This document shows positions 53,001 through 63,549 of a DNA stretch of 64,000 nt, one piece after another. Made by a program: the position numbers and the translations under genes. This DNA comes from Escherichia coli (lineage in GTDB: Bacteria; Pseudomonadota; Gammaproteobacteria; Enterobacterales; Enterobacteriaceae), in NCBI RefSeq assembly GCF_013315695.1, contig NZ_CP054353.1. One strand, written 5' to 3'. Position 1 is the stretch's first letter, and every line of letters starts with the position of its first letter. The notes beneath the pieces were generated by a model. The model worked only from the letters and a program-made list of their open reading frames with translations, had not been told where the DNA came from and did not search any database.

Positions 53001-54336
53001 GCGCGTGAACGGCCAAAATGCCGTTGCTCAACCACTGGTGCTGAATGTTGCAGGTGACGCTTCCCGGGCAGTGATCAGTGATATGGCGGTGAAGGTGAAT
53101 AACCAACTGGCAAATGGACAGTCTGCTAACCAGGTAACCCTGACCGTCGTGGACAGCTATGGTAACCCGTTGCAGGGGCAAGAAGTTACGCTGACTTTAC
53201 CGCAGGGTGTGACCAGCAAGACGGGGAATACAGTAACAACCAATGCGGCAGGTAAAGCGGATATTGAGTTGATATCAACCGTTGCAGGGGAACTTGAAAT
53301 CGCGGCCGCGGTGAAAAACTCTCAGAAGACGGTCACGGTGAAATTCAACGCGGATGCCAGCACCGGTCAGGCAAACCTGCAGGTAGACACCGCCGTTCAA
53401 AAAGTGGCAAACGGCAAAGATGCCTTTACGCTGACGGCGACCGTTGAGGATAAAAATGGTAACCCTGTTCCAGGGAGCCTGGTGACCTTTAATCTGCCCC
53501 GGGGTGTCAAGCCGCTTACAGGCGATAATGTCTGGGTGAAAGCCAACGATGAGGGGAAAGCAGAGTTGCAGGTGGTTTCAGTGACTGCCGGAACGTATGA
53601 GATCACGGCATCGGCAGGGAATAGCCAGCCTTCGAATACGCAGACTATAAGGTTTGTAGCCGATAAGACTACCGCAACCGTCTCCGGTATTGAGGTGATT
53701 GGCAACTATGCGCTGGCGGACGGCAAAGCCAAACAGACGTATAAAGTTACGGTGACTGATGCCAATAACAACCTGTTGAAAGATAGCGAGGTGACGCTGA
53801 CTGCCAGCCCGGCAAATTTAGCTCTGGATCCCGATGGGACGGCGAAAACTAATGAGCAAGGGCAGGCTATTTTCACCGCCACGACCACTGTCGCAGCGAA
53901 ATATACACTCACGGCGAAAGTGGAACAGGCCAACGGTCAGGAATCGACGAAAACTGCTGAATCTAAATTCGTCGCGGATGATAAAAACGCGGTGCTCGCC
54001 GCATCATCTGATGTGACTTCTCTGGTGGCGGATGGGGTACAGACCGCAACAATGACGGTTACCCTGTTCTCGGCAAATAACCCTGTTGGGGGGAATGTGT
54101 GGGTCGACATTGAGGCTCCGGAAGGAGTGACGGAGAAGGATTATCAATTCCTGCCGTCGAAAAATGACCATTTCGTGAGCGGAAAAATCACGCGTACATT
54201 TAGTACCAGCAAGCCTGGTGTCTATACGTTCACATTTAACGCCCTGACCTATGGCGGGTACGAAATGAAGCCAGTGACGGTGACCATAACCGCGGTGGAT
54301 GCCGATACGGCAAAGGGCGAGGAGGCGATGAAATAA
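50083..54336 (+). CDS. eaeH: Intimin/invasin-family adhesin EaeH (FdeC), full length
   Basis: 1417 aa. It has an N-terminal beta-barrel region followed by many Big-type repeats (...VTLTAVDSEGNPVTG..., ...VTLIAKDAHGNAISG...). Confidence 0.9.
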   Translation: MSRYKIGHKQPQFRYSVLARCVAWANISVQVLFPLAVTFTPVMAARAQHAVQPRLSMGNTTVTADNNVEKNVASFAANAGTFLSSQPDSDATRNFITGMATAKANQEIQEWLGKYGTARVKLNVDKDFSLKDSSLEMLYPIYDTPTNMLFTQGAIHRTDDRTQSNIGFGWRHFSGNDWMAGVNTFIDHDLSRSHTRIGVGAEYWRDYLKLSANGYIRASGWKKSPDIEDYQERPANGWDIRAEGYLPAWPQLGASLMYEQYYGDEVGLFGKDKRQKDPHAISAEVTYTPVPLLTLSAGHKQGKSGENDTRFGLEVNYRIGEPLAKQLDTDSIRERRMLAGSRYDLVERNNNIVLEYRKSEVIRIALPDRIAGKGGQTVSLGLVVSKATHGLKNVQWEAPSLLAAGGKITGQGNQWQVTLPAYQAGKDNYYAISAVAYDNKGNASKRVQTEVVITGAGMSAERTALTLDGQSRIQMLANGSEQKPLVLSLRDAEGQPVTGMKDQIKTELTFKPAGNIVTRTLKATKSQAQPTLGEFTETEAGVYQSVFTTGTQSGEATITVSVDDMSKTVTAELRATMMDVANSTLSANEPSGDVVADGQQVYTLTLTAVDSEGNPVTGEASRLRLVPQDTNGVTIGAISEIKPGVYSATVSSTRAGNVVVRAFSEQYQLGSLQQTLKFVAGPLDAAHSTIALNPDKPVVGGTLTAIWTAKDANGNPVIGLNPDAPSLSGAAAAGSMASGWTDNGDGTWTAQITLGTTAGELEVMPKLNGQDAAANAAKVTVVADALSSGQSTVSVAADRVKAGESTTVTLIAKDAHGNAISGLSLSASLTGAASEGATVSNWTEQGDGSYVATLTTGGKTGELLVMPLFNGQPAATDAARLTVVAGEMSSANSTLVADNESPTVKTTTKLTFTVKDAYGNLVTGLKPDAPQFSGAASTGTERPSAGDWTETSNGVYVATLTLGSAAGQLSVMPRVNGQNAVAQPLVLNVAGDASRAVISDMAVKVNNQLANGQSANQVTLTVVDSYGNPLQGQEVTLTLPQGVTSKTGNTVTTNAAGKADIELISTVAGELEIAAAVKNSQKTVTVKFNADASTGQANLQVDTAVQKVANGKDAFTLTATVEDKNGNPVPGSLVTFNLPRGVKPLTGDNVWVKANDEGKAELQVVSVTAGTYEITASAGNSQPSNTQTIRFVADKTTATVSGIEVIGNYALADGKAKQTYKVTVTDANNNLLKDSEVTLTASPANLALDPDGTAKTNEQGQAIFTATTTVAAKYTLTAKVEQANGQESTKTAESKFVADDKNAVLAASSDVTSLVADGVQTATMTVTLFSANNPVGGNVWVDIEAPEGVTEKDYQFLPSKNDHFVSGKITRTFSTSKPGVYTFTFNALTYGGYEMKPVTVTITAVDADTAKGEEAMK

Positions 54337-54370
54337 TATTAAGAGTATGAAAGTAACATTCTAATAAACA

Positions 54371-54405
54371 ATAATGGCGTTGACATCTTCAACGCCATTA
54401 TTTAT
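54371..54405. terminator. Bidirectional terminator between eaeH and ykgA
   Basis: ataatggcgttga (54371..54383) pairs with tcaacgccattat (54389..54401). T/A runs flank it. Confidence 0.6.
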
Positions 54406-54456
54406 TGAATTGCCTGACAGTAGTCTCGTTATAAATTCATTTAGATATAGCGATAA

Positions 54457-55347
54457 CTAAACCGGACGAACAGGGATAAATATTTCGCAAACAACATCAT
54501 TGCTATCCTTTTCTACGAAATCTTCATTGTAATAAAATCGCTCAATATCACTGCCGTTCACTCTGGCTAACCCCCTGGCAGGTAATTCCATCAGATAGAG
54601 GTTTCGCGCCCATTCAGGGTAGTGCTCCCACTCACCTTCATAGCGGAAAGAGGCATACAGTCCTCGGTTAATTATCCACTCTTTTGGCATCTCTGAATCG
54701 GTTTGTTTACATACCGTACCGGCAAAAGTTTCAACTGTGAGCAAATCGACTGATTTTGTTGAGGGTTCGAACGTGGAGACGAAATAGATATCCGTCTTAA
54801 AATTCTTCATACATCTGGCTAAATGATGACGTCGCAGTTTGACTTCTTCATCCGGTGATTTATTCGACACTTCAATATCATATTTAAATGAATTGCCAAA
54901 AATAGGTGTCTCAGGAAAGTTGACTAATCTACACTCCGTCTTTTGCTGTTGACGTATTAAAAAAGAAGGGAAGATATTTGCGAGATCCCAATAATCACGG
55001 TGGCGGTATTCACGGGGAGAGCAGCCGAATAACTTTTTAAATTCGCGGCTGAATGATTGCTGTGAATCAAAATGCAAAGAGAGTGCAATATCAAGCATAG
55101 ATTTCGCGGAGAGCCGGACAAGAATGGCGGCACGACAAAGCCTTCGTTTGCGAATGTATTCTCCCAAAGGCACATGCATGAAATTTCGGAACAGAAGCTG
55201 GATGTTGCGTCTGCTGTAGCCAGATTTCTGTGCGATATCTTCGATTGAAATAGGGTGCTCAAGATTACACTCAATCCACTCCAGGAGCTGCTGTAGAATC
55301 TTCTGCCTGATCATCACATACTCCGTTAATTCTTTGTCATATCGCAC
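54457..55347 (-). CDS. ykgA: AraC-family regulator with GyrI-like effector domain
   Basis: 296-aa ORF with the HTH region ISIEDIAQKSGYSRRNIQLLFRNFMHVPLGEYIRKRRL. The start may be the internal Met at 55314. Confidence 0.8.
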   Translation of the reverse strand: MRYDKELTEYVMIRQKILQQLLEWIECNLEHPISIEDIAQKSGYSRRNIQLLFRNFMHVPLGEYIRKRRLCRAAILVRLSAKSMLDIALSLHFDSQQSFSREFKKLFGCSPREYRHRDYWDLANIFPSFLIRQQQKTECRLVNFPETPIFGNSFKYDIEVSNKSPDEEVKLRRHHLARCMKNFKTDIYFVSTFEPSTKSVDLLTVETFAGTVCKQTDSEMPKEWIINRGLYASFRYEGEWEHYPEWARNLYLMELPARGLARVNGSDIERFYYNEDFVEKDSNDVVCEIFIPVRPV

Positions 55348-55546
55348 ATTTTCGTTATGTCCTGGGCCCTAAGTGTATCAAAAACAGCAAGTCCCAAGGC
55401 AAAAGCACTGATAGCGTCTGCTTCATTGCCCCAAAAATAGAGAGGTTTCAGTCCTACATTATTAATGAATTTTTTGCATAAGTGATATCAAAATCCACAT
55501 ACTAATTTGAGGTTACGTTTTAACGTAGACTCATTGTTCATACCTA

Positions 55547-56431
55547 ATGGAGGGACTGACAGTGGAATTTTCCGTATTAAGTAACAATCTGAAAATGCCG
55601 ATGATGGGATTTGGTGTTTTTCAGGTTACCGATAAAGACGTGTGCAAACAGTCAGTGTTGAATGCTATCCGCACGGGTTATCGACTCATCGACACTGCAG
55701 CGGTATACGGTAATGAAGATGCCGTCGGTGAAGCCGTTCGTGAAGCTATATCTGAAGGTTTATGTACCCGAGATGAGTTATTTATAACGTCTAAATTGTG
55801 GGTGCAGGATATGTTGAATCAGGATACGGCAAAAGCAGGTATTGAAGCGTCATTAAAAAAATCGGGACTAGAATACTTCGACCTCTATTTATTGCACCAG
55901 GCCATGCGCGATTATTTTAGTGCGTGGCGTGCACTCGAAGATGCCTATGAAGAGGGCAAATTAAAAGCGATTGGGGTTTCCAATTTCTACCCTCATGTTC
56001 TGGCGAACTTTTGTGAAACGGTAAGAGTTAAACCGATGGTCAACCAGGTCGAGTTGCATCCCTATTTTGCCCAACCAGAGGCGCTGGCAACCATGAAGTA
56101 TTATAACGTGCAGCCTGAAGCATGGGCTCCGTTAGGTGGTGGACGACATAAACCCTTTGAAAATAATCTGCTTCAGAGTATTGCAGATGCCCATCAAAAA
56201 TCGATTTCTCAAGTCATTCTGCGTTGGAATATTCAACGGGGAGTGGTCGTTATTCCGAAATCGACACATCAACAGCGTATCGAAGAAAATTTTGCTATCT
56301 GGGATTTCTCACTGACAGAGAAAGAAATGGCGCAAATTAGTTCGCTAGATTTGGGTTATGTTGGCGAATCGGTAAAACATTTTAATCCTGAGTTTGTTCG
56401 TGGTTGTCTTGCTGTAAAAACACATGGTTGA
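55547..56431 (+). CDS. Aldo-keto reductase
   Basis: It has ...NNLKMPMMGFGVFQVTDKDVC...[14 protein letters not shown]. The likely true start is GTG 55562, because the ATG at 55547 lies inside the SD-like ggaggg. Confidence 0.85.
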   Translation: MEGLTVEFSVLSNNLKMPMMGFGVFQVTDKDVCKQSVLNAIRTGYRLIDTAAVYGNEDAVGEAVREAISEGLCTRDELFITSKLWVQDMLNQDTAKAGIEASLKKSGLEYFDLYLLHQAMRDYFSAWRALEDAYEEGKLKAIGVSNFYPHVLANFCETVRVKPMVNQVELHPYFAQPEALATMKYYNVQPEAWAPLGGGRHKPFENNLLQSIADAHQKSISQVILRWNIQRGVVVIPKSTHQQRIEENFAIWDFSLTEKEMAQISSLDLGYVGESVKHFNPEFVRGCLAVKTHG

Positions 56432-56592
56432 TATTAATCACTTATTTTACCTGAGATGACATAAATGTTTTAATAAGGGAGTTATATTGAACCTTACATT
56501 GTCCTGTTTCAGGTAATATGGCGTCAGGCTTCACCCATTAGCAAGGAAAGCCTGACGCCTGAAAAAGTGAACAACAGACAGTGTTCGGATTA

Positions 56593-57186
56593 TCAATATT
56601 CAGTTTTTAACGTTGAACTGGATTCATTACTGCGTTGTTTAAGAATGTCCCGCGCCGAATCTGCCATTATCATGACAGCTCCTGCCAGCATCAGAGTATC
56701 TTTCAATACCAGACGACCAGCACCGGATAAATAAGGGAAACCATGATGAGCATCACCCAATGCGGGTACCCATGCTTCCGGAGTGGTGATTAAAAATGAG
56801 AGTGTTACCAGCGGCGTGGTAAATGCCATCAGCCCACCCAATAAACCTAACCAGCGATTGACAGGATTAGCCAAAACCAGCAGAGCAATAATCACCTCCA
56901 CGACGCCAAGACCGTTGGAAAAACCATAGGTATTATTAGCCGTTTGCCATGCTCTTGCTTCTGGTTTGTATTCGCCTTCGTGAGTCAGATACTGTTTATA
57001 GTCTTCCGGGTGTTCATAAAAGAACGACATTAGTGGACTGTTTGCGACGAATGGTGTAATGCTGTCTGCCTCGTAAGGGACAAACTTTAATAACCCAATC
57101 CACATAAAAACAATCGCAATACTCAGACGAATCAATGTCAGGCCAATTTTATCTCCCCGACTTAACAGGTGCAGGTATTTCTCCAT
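56593..57186 (-). CDS. rclC: Reactive chlorine resistance inner membrane protein RclC
   Basis: Starts MEKYLHLLSRGDKIGLTLIRLSIAIVFMWIG. The ORF track begins 3 codons earlier. Confidence 0.9.
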   Translation of the reverse strand: MEKYLHLLSRGDKIGLTLIRLSIAIVFMWIGLLKFVPYEADSITPFVANSPLMSFFYEHPEDYKQYLTHEGEYKPEARAWQTANNTYGFSNGLGVVEVIIALLVLANPVNRWLGLLGGLMAFTTPLVTLSFLITTPEAWVPALGDAHHGFPYLSGAGRLVLKDTLMLAGAVMIMADSARDILKQRSNESSSTLKTEY

Positions 57187-57197
57187 TGTAAACATCC

Positions 57198-57434
57198 TTA
57201 TTTATACAATACTGCTGTTGCGGTTGAATTATTATCAATTCGCATCGATGTGACTTTCCAGGATGAAGCATTATATTTTCTGGCCATATCAGCAATGGCA
57301 TCCTCCAGAACTGTCGGTGATGCTGATACTGACGAGACGCTGATATGTTTCAGAATTATTTTATCATCTGCATTGGTGGAAAATGCCATAACGCCAGATA
57401 ATAGTGTTGCAAATAAAACAGGTTTTTTAAACAT
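57198..57434 (-). CDS. rclB: Reactive chlorine resistance periplasmic protein RclB
   Basis: Starts with the signal peptide MFKKPVLFATLLSGVMAFSTNA. The ORF track begins 5 codons earlier. Confidence 0.88.
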   Translation of the reverse strand: MFKKPVLFATLLSGVMAFSTNADDKIILKHISVSSVSASPTVLEDAIADMARKYNASSWKVTSMRIDNNSTATAVLYK

Positions 57435-57542
57435 ATAAAATACCATCAATGAAGTGATTAAGAAGTTATATAATAACAGGGAATTAATAAGATTATTTTC
57501 TCTGAGACGCCAGAATATTTGTTCTGGCGTCTGATTTTGAGT

Positions 57543-58868
57543 TTATTTGACTAATGAAAATAGATCATTGAGTGATTCGCTCATCGACGGATGAGTAAAT
57601 ATCTGATCGCGTAATATGCTATAAGGCAGCCCGGCATCCATCACCATTTTCACTATATTGATCATCTCGTGGGAGTCAACACACAGCAGTGATGCCCCTA
57701 ATATACGTTGGGTTTTATTATCAACAATCGCTTTTAATACCCCACGGGTATCGTTCATCACTCTGGCGCGCGGAATTGCAGCTACAGGCAATGTCACCAC
57801 CTGAATATCAGCACCACTCTCTCTGGCTTGTTCTTCTGTCATACCAACCCTGGACAGTGGCGGTGTCATAAATACGGAATAAGGCACATTTTTCCGATCA
57901 TCAGTACTACGTTTGCCTTCACCCAGTAACTCATCACGTACAATGCGGTAATCATCTAGTGATATGTAAGTAAATTGCAGCCCGCCGGTAACATCTCCCA
58001 TCGCCCAAATATTGTCTGCGGTGGTATGTAATCGCTTGTCAACGACAATTGCCCCGCGCTCGTTTACTGCGATACCGGCATTTTCTGGATGTAAAGAAGC
58101 GGTAGCCGGTTGACGACCGGAAGCTATTAACAGTGCATCCACCGCCAGTTGGGCGTGCTCGCTATGCACTTGCACTTGATTTTCATGGTGACTGATTCGC
58201 TCCACATGGGCATTGAGGATAATATCGACGCCCTGATCGCGTAAAATCGTCGCGATGTTATCAGCAATATCCCGATCTTCCCGAGGCAAAAACAGCGAAG
58301 CTGCTTCTAAAATGGTTACCTTGCTGCCAAAATTAGCGAACATAGAGGCGAACTCAACGCCAATATATCCGCCGCCCAAAATACCTAAATGCCCAGGCAA
58401 TTCTTTTAGATGAAGTAATCCGGTGCTGTCATATACACCAGGCGTGGTGGTAATTCCAGGAATTGGCGGAACCACGGTTTGTGCACCGGTATTAATAAAA
58501 ATTTTCTCGCCATGAATTTCCAGATTTCCCTCAGGCCGATGAACACGCAGGCTATGATTATTGATAAACTCCGCCTGGCCGTCGATCACGTCGATATTGG
58601 GCATATCCGCAAGATTATGAAAATTCTTATTACGTAAAAAATTAACCACTTCATTTTTACGCTGTATGGCACGGACAAAATCTGTGTGCTGCTGTGCGTC
58701 ATGAACCAATGTTTTGGTTGGGATACAGCCGATATTAATACAGGTCCCGCCATACATTGCATTTGATTGTTCGATGAGAGCCACACGCCAACCTGCTTTT
58801 GCCAGCGTGACGGCTAATGTTTTTCCAGCCTTGCCAAAACCAATAATAACTGCCTGATATTTATTCAT
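57543..58868 (-). CDS. rclA: Reactive chlorine resistance flavoprotein disulfide reductase RclA
   Basis: It has MNKYQAVIIGFGKAGKTLA...GGTCINIGCIPTK (redox-active CxxxxC). The ORF track begins 9 codons earlier. Confidence 0.92.
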   Translation of the reverse strand: MNKYQAVIIGFGKAGKTLAVTLAKAGWRVALIEQSNAMYGGTCINIGCIPTKTLVHDAQQHTDFVRAIQRKNEVVNFLRNKNFHNLADMPNIDVIDGQAEFINNHSLRVHRPEGNLEIHGEKIFINTGAQTVVPPIPGITTTPGVYDSTGLLHLKELPGHLGILGGGYIGVEFASMFANFGSKVTILEAASLFLPREDRDIADNIATILRDQGVDIILNAHVERISHHENQVQVHSEHAQLAVDALLIASGRQPATASLHPENAGIAVNERGAIVVDKRLHTTADNIWAMGDVTGGLQFTYISLDDYRIVRDELLGEGKRSTDDRKNVPYSVFMTPPLSRVGMTEEQARESGADIQVVTLPVAAIPRARVMNDTRGVLKAIVDNKTQRILGASLLCVDSHEMINIVKMVMDAGLPYSILRDQIFTHPSMSESLNDLFSLVK

Positions 58869-59094
58869 GATGATTTCCTGTCGAAACGCGTTCATTTGAC
58901 ATCATGACTATAGACGCAAAAGAGCAAATAACATTTCTTCACAACGCTTGATATTTTGTCTTATCGTCTGGTATTTTCTTTTTCTTAATCAGAATCACAA
59001 AACAAAAATCATGATTAACTATTTGATGGTATTAGATTAATTATTGACTAAGATTGTTGGTGTTTGTAATCAAAAAACCACTCAGGAGTCTGAT

Positions 59095-59949
59095 ATGGAT
59101 GCTCTTAGCCGTTTGTTGATGCTTAACGCTCCACAAGGAACGATCGATAAGAATTGCGTGTTAGGAAGTGACTGGCAACTTCCACATGGTGCCGGGGAAT
59201 TGTCGGTTATTCGTTGGCATGCGTTAACGCAAGGAGCGGCGAAGCTGGAAATGCCGACGGGAGAGATTTTTACATTACGCCCGGGAAATGTGGTCCTGCT
59301 ACCACAAAATTCAGCTCATCGCCTGAGTCATGTCGATAATGAATCGACCTGTATTGTCTGTGGCACTCTTCGGCTGCAACATTCGGCGCGTTATTTTTTA
59401 ACGTCTTTGCCGGAAACGCTGTTTGTAGCGCCAGTGAACCATAGCGTGGAATATAACTGGCTGAGGGAGGCGATCCCGTTTTTACAACAGGAATCCAGAT
59501 CGGCAATGCCGGGAGTGGATGCTCTGTGTAGCCAGATCTGCGCTACATTCTTTACCCTCGCGGTGCGTGAGTGGATTGCACAGGTTAATACAGAGAAAAA
59601 CATTCTCAGTTTGCTTCTGCATCCACGTCTTGGTGCGGTAATACAGCAAATGCTGGAAATGCCAGGACACGCCTGGACCGTCGAATCGCTGGCCAGCATC
59701 GCCCACATGTCCCGGGCAAGTTTTGCCCAGCTTTTCCGTGATGTTTCCGGAACCACGCCGCTGGCTGTATTAACAAAGTTGCGTCTACAAATAGCGGCCC
59801 AGATGTTTTCCCGGGAAATGCTCCCTGTTGTGGTGATCGCTGAGTCAGTAGGCTATGCCAGTGAATCATCTTTTCACAAGGCGTTTGTCCGCGAGTTTGG
59901 TTGTACTCCGGGAGAATATCGGGAAAGGGTGAGACAGCTTTCACCCTGA
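59095..59949 (+). CDS. rclR: Reactive chlorine-responsive AraC-family activator RclR
   Basis: Starts MDALSRLLMLNAPQGTIDKNCVLGSDWQLPHG at ATG 59095. It is divergent from rclABC. Confidence 0.9.
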   Translation: MDALSRLLMLNAPQGTIDKNCVLGSDWQLPHGAGELSVIRWHALTQGAAKLEMPTGEIFTLRPGNVVLLPQNSAHRLSHVDNESTCIVCGTLRLQHSARYFLTSLPETLFVAPVNHSVEYNWLREAIPFLQQESRSAMPGVDALCSQICATFFTLAVREWIAQVNTEKNILSLLLHPRLGAVIQQMLEMPGHAWTVESLASIAHMSRASFAQLFRDVSGTTPLAVLTKLRLQIAAQMFSREMLPVVVIAESVGYASESSFHKAFVREFGCTPGEYRERVRQLSP

Positions 59950-60476
59950 ATAAAACCGCCAGAAATCAGGACAAAGATAATCCGCATTCCGGGAGTTGTG
60001 AGCCTTTCAACTATTTCTATTTCCAACGGTGGTTTTGGGTTTTATATATTTTTTTTGATGGACTCTAGCTCAGTTTTTAAATAAAAATGCAAACTAAATT
60101 TCTTCAATTAAATAAAATCCCGACTATTACTTGATACGTGATTATTGTCGGTGATTTTTTTTGTGCACCATCAGTGTATATCTCAATAACCCCTGAATAA
60201 GTAGCTCTGAATAGGTATAAGGGGTGTAGCCTTTTTAAATGGATTTCTTATGCCAAAAATGATCGTCGATTTCCCTATAAAATGTGAGCGATGCCGAAAG
60301 AAATAAAATTAGTTATTGCATTTGAAGTTTAGATGAAAGATTATCATTTGTCATACAAATGAGGGGTGGTATGTTGCTAGCCAATTAAAAAAGAACGCCA
60401 TATTTATTGATGATTGATCCCCCGGAAGGGGGGAACCATCGGGCATAAATGGGCATGAAGTAATGGAGTATTAGTT

Positions 60477-61196
60477 GTGAATGTCAATTTCTTTGTCACC
60501 TGTATTGGTGACGCCCTGAAATCAAGAATGGCACGAGACTCCGTGCTGCTACTGGAAAAACTCGGCTGTCGCGTAAATTTCCCGGAGAAACAGGGATGCT
60601 GCGGTCAGCCTGCGATCAATAGTGGTTATATCAAAGAAGCGATTCCAGGGATGAAAAATCTGATCGCCGCACTGGAGGATAACGACGATCCCATTATTTC
60701 ACCGGCTGGCTCTTGCACCTATGCCGTAAAAAGTTACCCGACGTATCTGGCGGATGAACCTGAATGGGCATCACGTGCCGAAAAGGTTGCCGCGCGTATG
60801 CAGGATCTCACCTCTTTTATTGTTAATACATTAGGGGTAGTCGATGTAGGTGCCAGTTTGCAAGGGAGAGCGGTGTATCACCCATCTTGTAGCCTGGCCC
60901 GTAAGCTGGGGGTGAAGGACGAACCACTTACGCTGCTGAAAAATGTGCGTGGACTAGAGTTGTTGACCTTTGCTGAACAGGATACCTGCTGCGGATTTGG
61001 CGGCACGTTCTCGGTCAAAATGGCCGAAATATCCGGCGAGATGGTGAAAGAAAAGGTTGCGCACCTGATGGAAGTCCGCCCTGAGTATTTAATAGGTGCT
61101 GACGTGAGTTGCCTGCTGAACATCAGTGGGCGATTACAACGGGAAGGGCAGAAAGTCAAAGTGATGCATATTGCTGAAGTGTTGATGAGCCGCTGA
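60477..61196 (+). CDS. ykgE: LutA-like Fe-S oxidoreductase subunit
   Basis: 239 aa with a GTG start, MNVNFFVTCIGDAL...CCGQP...CCGFGG. Confidence 0.92.
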   Translation: MNVNFFVTCIGDALKSRMARDSVLLLEKLGCRVNFPEKQGCCGQPAINSGYIKEAIPGMKNLIAALEDNDDPIISPAGSCTYAVKSYPTYLADEPEWASRAEKVAARMQDLTSFIVNTLGVVDVGASLQGRAVYHPSCSLARKLGVKDEPLTLLKNVRGLELLTFAEQDTCCGFGGTFSVKMAEISGEMVKEKVAHLMEVRPEYLIGADVSCLLNISGRLQREGQKVKVMHIAEVLMSR

Positions 61197-61206
61197 GGAT
61201 ATAAAG

Positions 61207-62634
61207 ATGTCGATCAAAACCAGTAATACAGATTTTAAGACACGCATCCGTCAGCAAATTGAAGATCCGATCATGCGCAAAGCGGTGGCAAACGCGCAGC
61301 AGCGTATCGGGGCAAATCGGCAAAAAATGGTCGATGAATTGGGGCACTGGGAGGAGTGGCGCGATCGGGCCGCCCAGATACGTGATCATGTTCTGAGTAA
61401 TCTCGACGCTTATCTGTACCAGCTCTCAGAAAAAGTGACGCAAAACGGCGGTCACGTCTATTTTGCAAAAACCAAAGAAGACGCTACCCGCTACATTTTA
61501 CAGGTTGCCCAACGCAAAAATGCCCGGAAGGTGGTGAAATCTAAATCGATGGTGACCGAAGAGATTGGTGTCAATCATGTGTTGCAGGATGCTGGCATTC
61601 AGGTGATTGAAACCGATCTGGGTGAATACATTCTCCAGCTGGATCAAGATCCGCCCTCTCATGTTGTGGTCCCGGCAATTCATAAAGATCGCCATCAGAT
61701 CCGTCGGGTGCTACACGAACGTCTGGGCTATGGGGGGTCGGAAACGCCTGAAGCAATGACCTTATTCATCCGGCAAAAAATCCGCGAAGATTTCCTCAGT
61801 GCTGAAATAGGTATTACCGGCTGTAATTTCGCGGTGGCAGAGACCGGTTCGGTATGCCTGGTGACCAATGAAGGTAATGCGCGAATGTGTACCACGCTGC
61901 CTAAAACGCATATTGCAGTGATGGGAATGGAGCGTATTGCCCCCACGTTTGCCGAGGTAGATGTATTGATCACCATGCTGGCGCGCAGTGCCGTTGGTGC
62001 ACGTTTGACGGGATACAACACCTGGCTGACAGGACCGCGCGAAGCGGGGCACGTTGATGGTCCTGAAGAGTTTCATCTGGTTATTGTCGATAACGGGCGT
62101 TCTGAGGTGCTGGCCTCTGAATTTCGGGATGTGCTGCGCTGTATTCGCTGCGGGGCTTGTATGAATACTTGTCCGGCATATCGCCATATTGGCGGTCATG
62201 GATATGGCTCTATTTATCCAGGGCCAATTGGTGCGGTGATTTCCCCGTTACTTGGCGGCTATAAAGATTTTAAAGATTTACCCTACGCCTGCTCTTTATG
62301 CACTGCTTGTGACAGCGTGTGTCCGGTGCGTATTCCGCTGTCAAAACTGATTTTGCGTCATCGTCGGGTGATGGCTGAAAAAGGGATCACCGCAAAAGCA
62401 GAGCAACGGGCGATAAAAATGTTTGCTTATGCCAATAGTCATCCAGGATTGTGGAAAGTTGGGATGATGGCCGGCGCTCATGCGGCAAGCTGGTTTATCA
62501 ATGGCGGCAAAACACCACTCAAATTTGGCGCGATTAGCGACTGGATGGAAGCACGCGATCTTCCTGAAGCTGACGGAGAGAGTTTCCGTAGTTGGTTTAA
62601 GAAACATCAGGCGCAGGAGAAAAAGAATGGATAA
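61207..62634 (+). CDS. ykgF: LutB-like 4Fe-4S subunit
   Basis: 475 aa with the ferredoxin motifs CIRCGACMNTCP and CSLCTACDSVCP. Confidence 0.92.
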   Translation: MSIKTSNTDFKTRIRQQIEDPIMRKAVANAQQRIGANRQKMVDELGHWEEWRDRAAQIRDHVLSNLDAYLYQLSEKVTQNGGHVYFAKTKEDATRYILQVAQRKNARKVVKSKSMVTEEIGVNHVLQDAGIQVIETDLGEYILQLDQDPPSHVVVPAIHKDRHQIRRVLHERLGYGGSETPEAMTLFIRQKIREDFLSAEIGITGCNFAVAETGSVCLVTNEGNARMCTTLPKTHIAVMGMERIAPTFAEVDVLITMLARSAVGARLTGYNTWLTGPREAGHVDGPEEFHLVIVDNGRSEVLASEFRDVLRCIRCGACMNTCPAYRHIGGHGYGSIYPGPIGAVISPLLGGYKDFKDLPYACSLCTACDSVCPVRIPLSKLILRHRRVMAEKGITAKAEQRAIKMFAYANSHPGLWKVGMMAGAHAASWFINGGKTPLKFGAISDWMEARDLPEADGESFRSWFKKHQAQEKKNG

Positions 62635-63322
62635 TCGGAGCGAATTTTTGAATAACGTTGCTCAGGCACTGGGTCGCCCGTTGCGACTTGAACCGCAAGC
62701 AGAAGATGCGCCGCTTAACAACTATGCTAACGAGCGGCTTACCGCACTTAACCAACAGCAGCGCTGTGACGCGTTTATTCAGTTTGCCAGCGATGTTATG
62801 TTGACGCGCTGTGAACTGACCAGCGAGGCGAAGGCGGCAGAAGCTGCAATACGTCTGTGTAAAGAGCTGGGAGATCAGTCGGTCGTGATTAGTGGTGACA
62901 CGAGGCTGGAGGAATTGGGGATTAGCGAACGTTTGCAGCAGGAATGCAATGCCGTTGTTTGGGAGCCGGCGAAAGGTATTGAGAACATATCACAAGCAGA
63001 GCAGGCTAAAGTGGGCGTCGTATATGCTGAATATGGTTTAACCGAATCGGGAGGCGTGGTTCTTTTTTCCGCCGCCGGGCGCGGGCGTTCATTGAGCCTG
63101 CTCCCGGAATCTTCTCTTTTTATCCTGCGTAAAAGCACAATCCTGCCGCGTGTAGCGCAACTCGCAGAAAAATTGCATCAGAAAGCGCAGGCCGGTGAAC
63201 GAATGCCGTCATGTATTAACATCATCAGTGGTCCCAGTTCAACGGCGGACATTGAGCTTATCAAAGTCGTCGGGGTTCATGGTCCGGTGAAAGCGGTGTA
63301 TCTGATTATTGAGGATTGCTGA
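62627..63322 (+). CDS. ykgG: LutC-like subunit
   Basis: ATG 62627 (MDNRSEFLNNVAQALGRPLRLEP) overlaps the ykgF stop. The ORF track starts upstream at 62480. Confidence 0.9.
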   Translation: MDNRSEFLNNVAQALGRPLRLEPQAEDAPLNNYANERLTALNQQQRCDAFIQFASDVMLTRCELTSEAKAAEAAIRLCKELGDQSVVISGDTRLEELGISERLQQECNAVVWEPAKGIENISQAEQAKVGVVYAEYGLTESGGVVLFSAAGRGRSLSLLPESSLFILRKSTILPRVAQLAEKLHQKAQAGERMPSCINIISGPSSTADIELIKVVGVHGPVKAVYLIIEDC

Positions 63323-63549
63323 GAGAGATATGAAGTCTGGACATAAACCTGAAGTCGGCATACGAGGTTGTGAATAGCGTTAAGGACAACCTGACTTAAC
63401 CCTGTTCCGTCATGGTTATGCTGCTCTTCTGTAAATATCCTGACATTAATAATGCCAGGATATTTACAGTGAAAAAGACAGGAATCCATTCCTGGGTGAT
63501 GCTGCCAACTTACTGATTTAGTGTATGATGGTGTTTTTGAGGTGCTCCA

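Noticed and set aside
51300-54300. Internal periodicity in eaeH considered as a separate DNA repeat element
   Set aside because: The periodicity is at the protein level: Big-type domain repeats of an intimin/invasin-family adhesin within one continuous 1417-codon frame.
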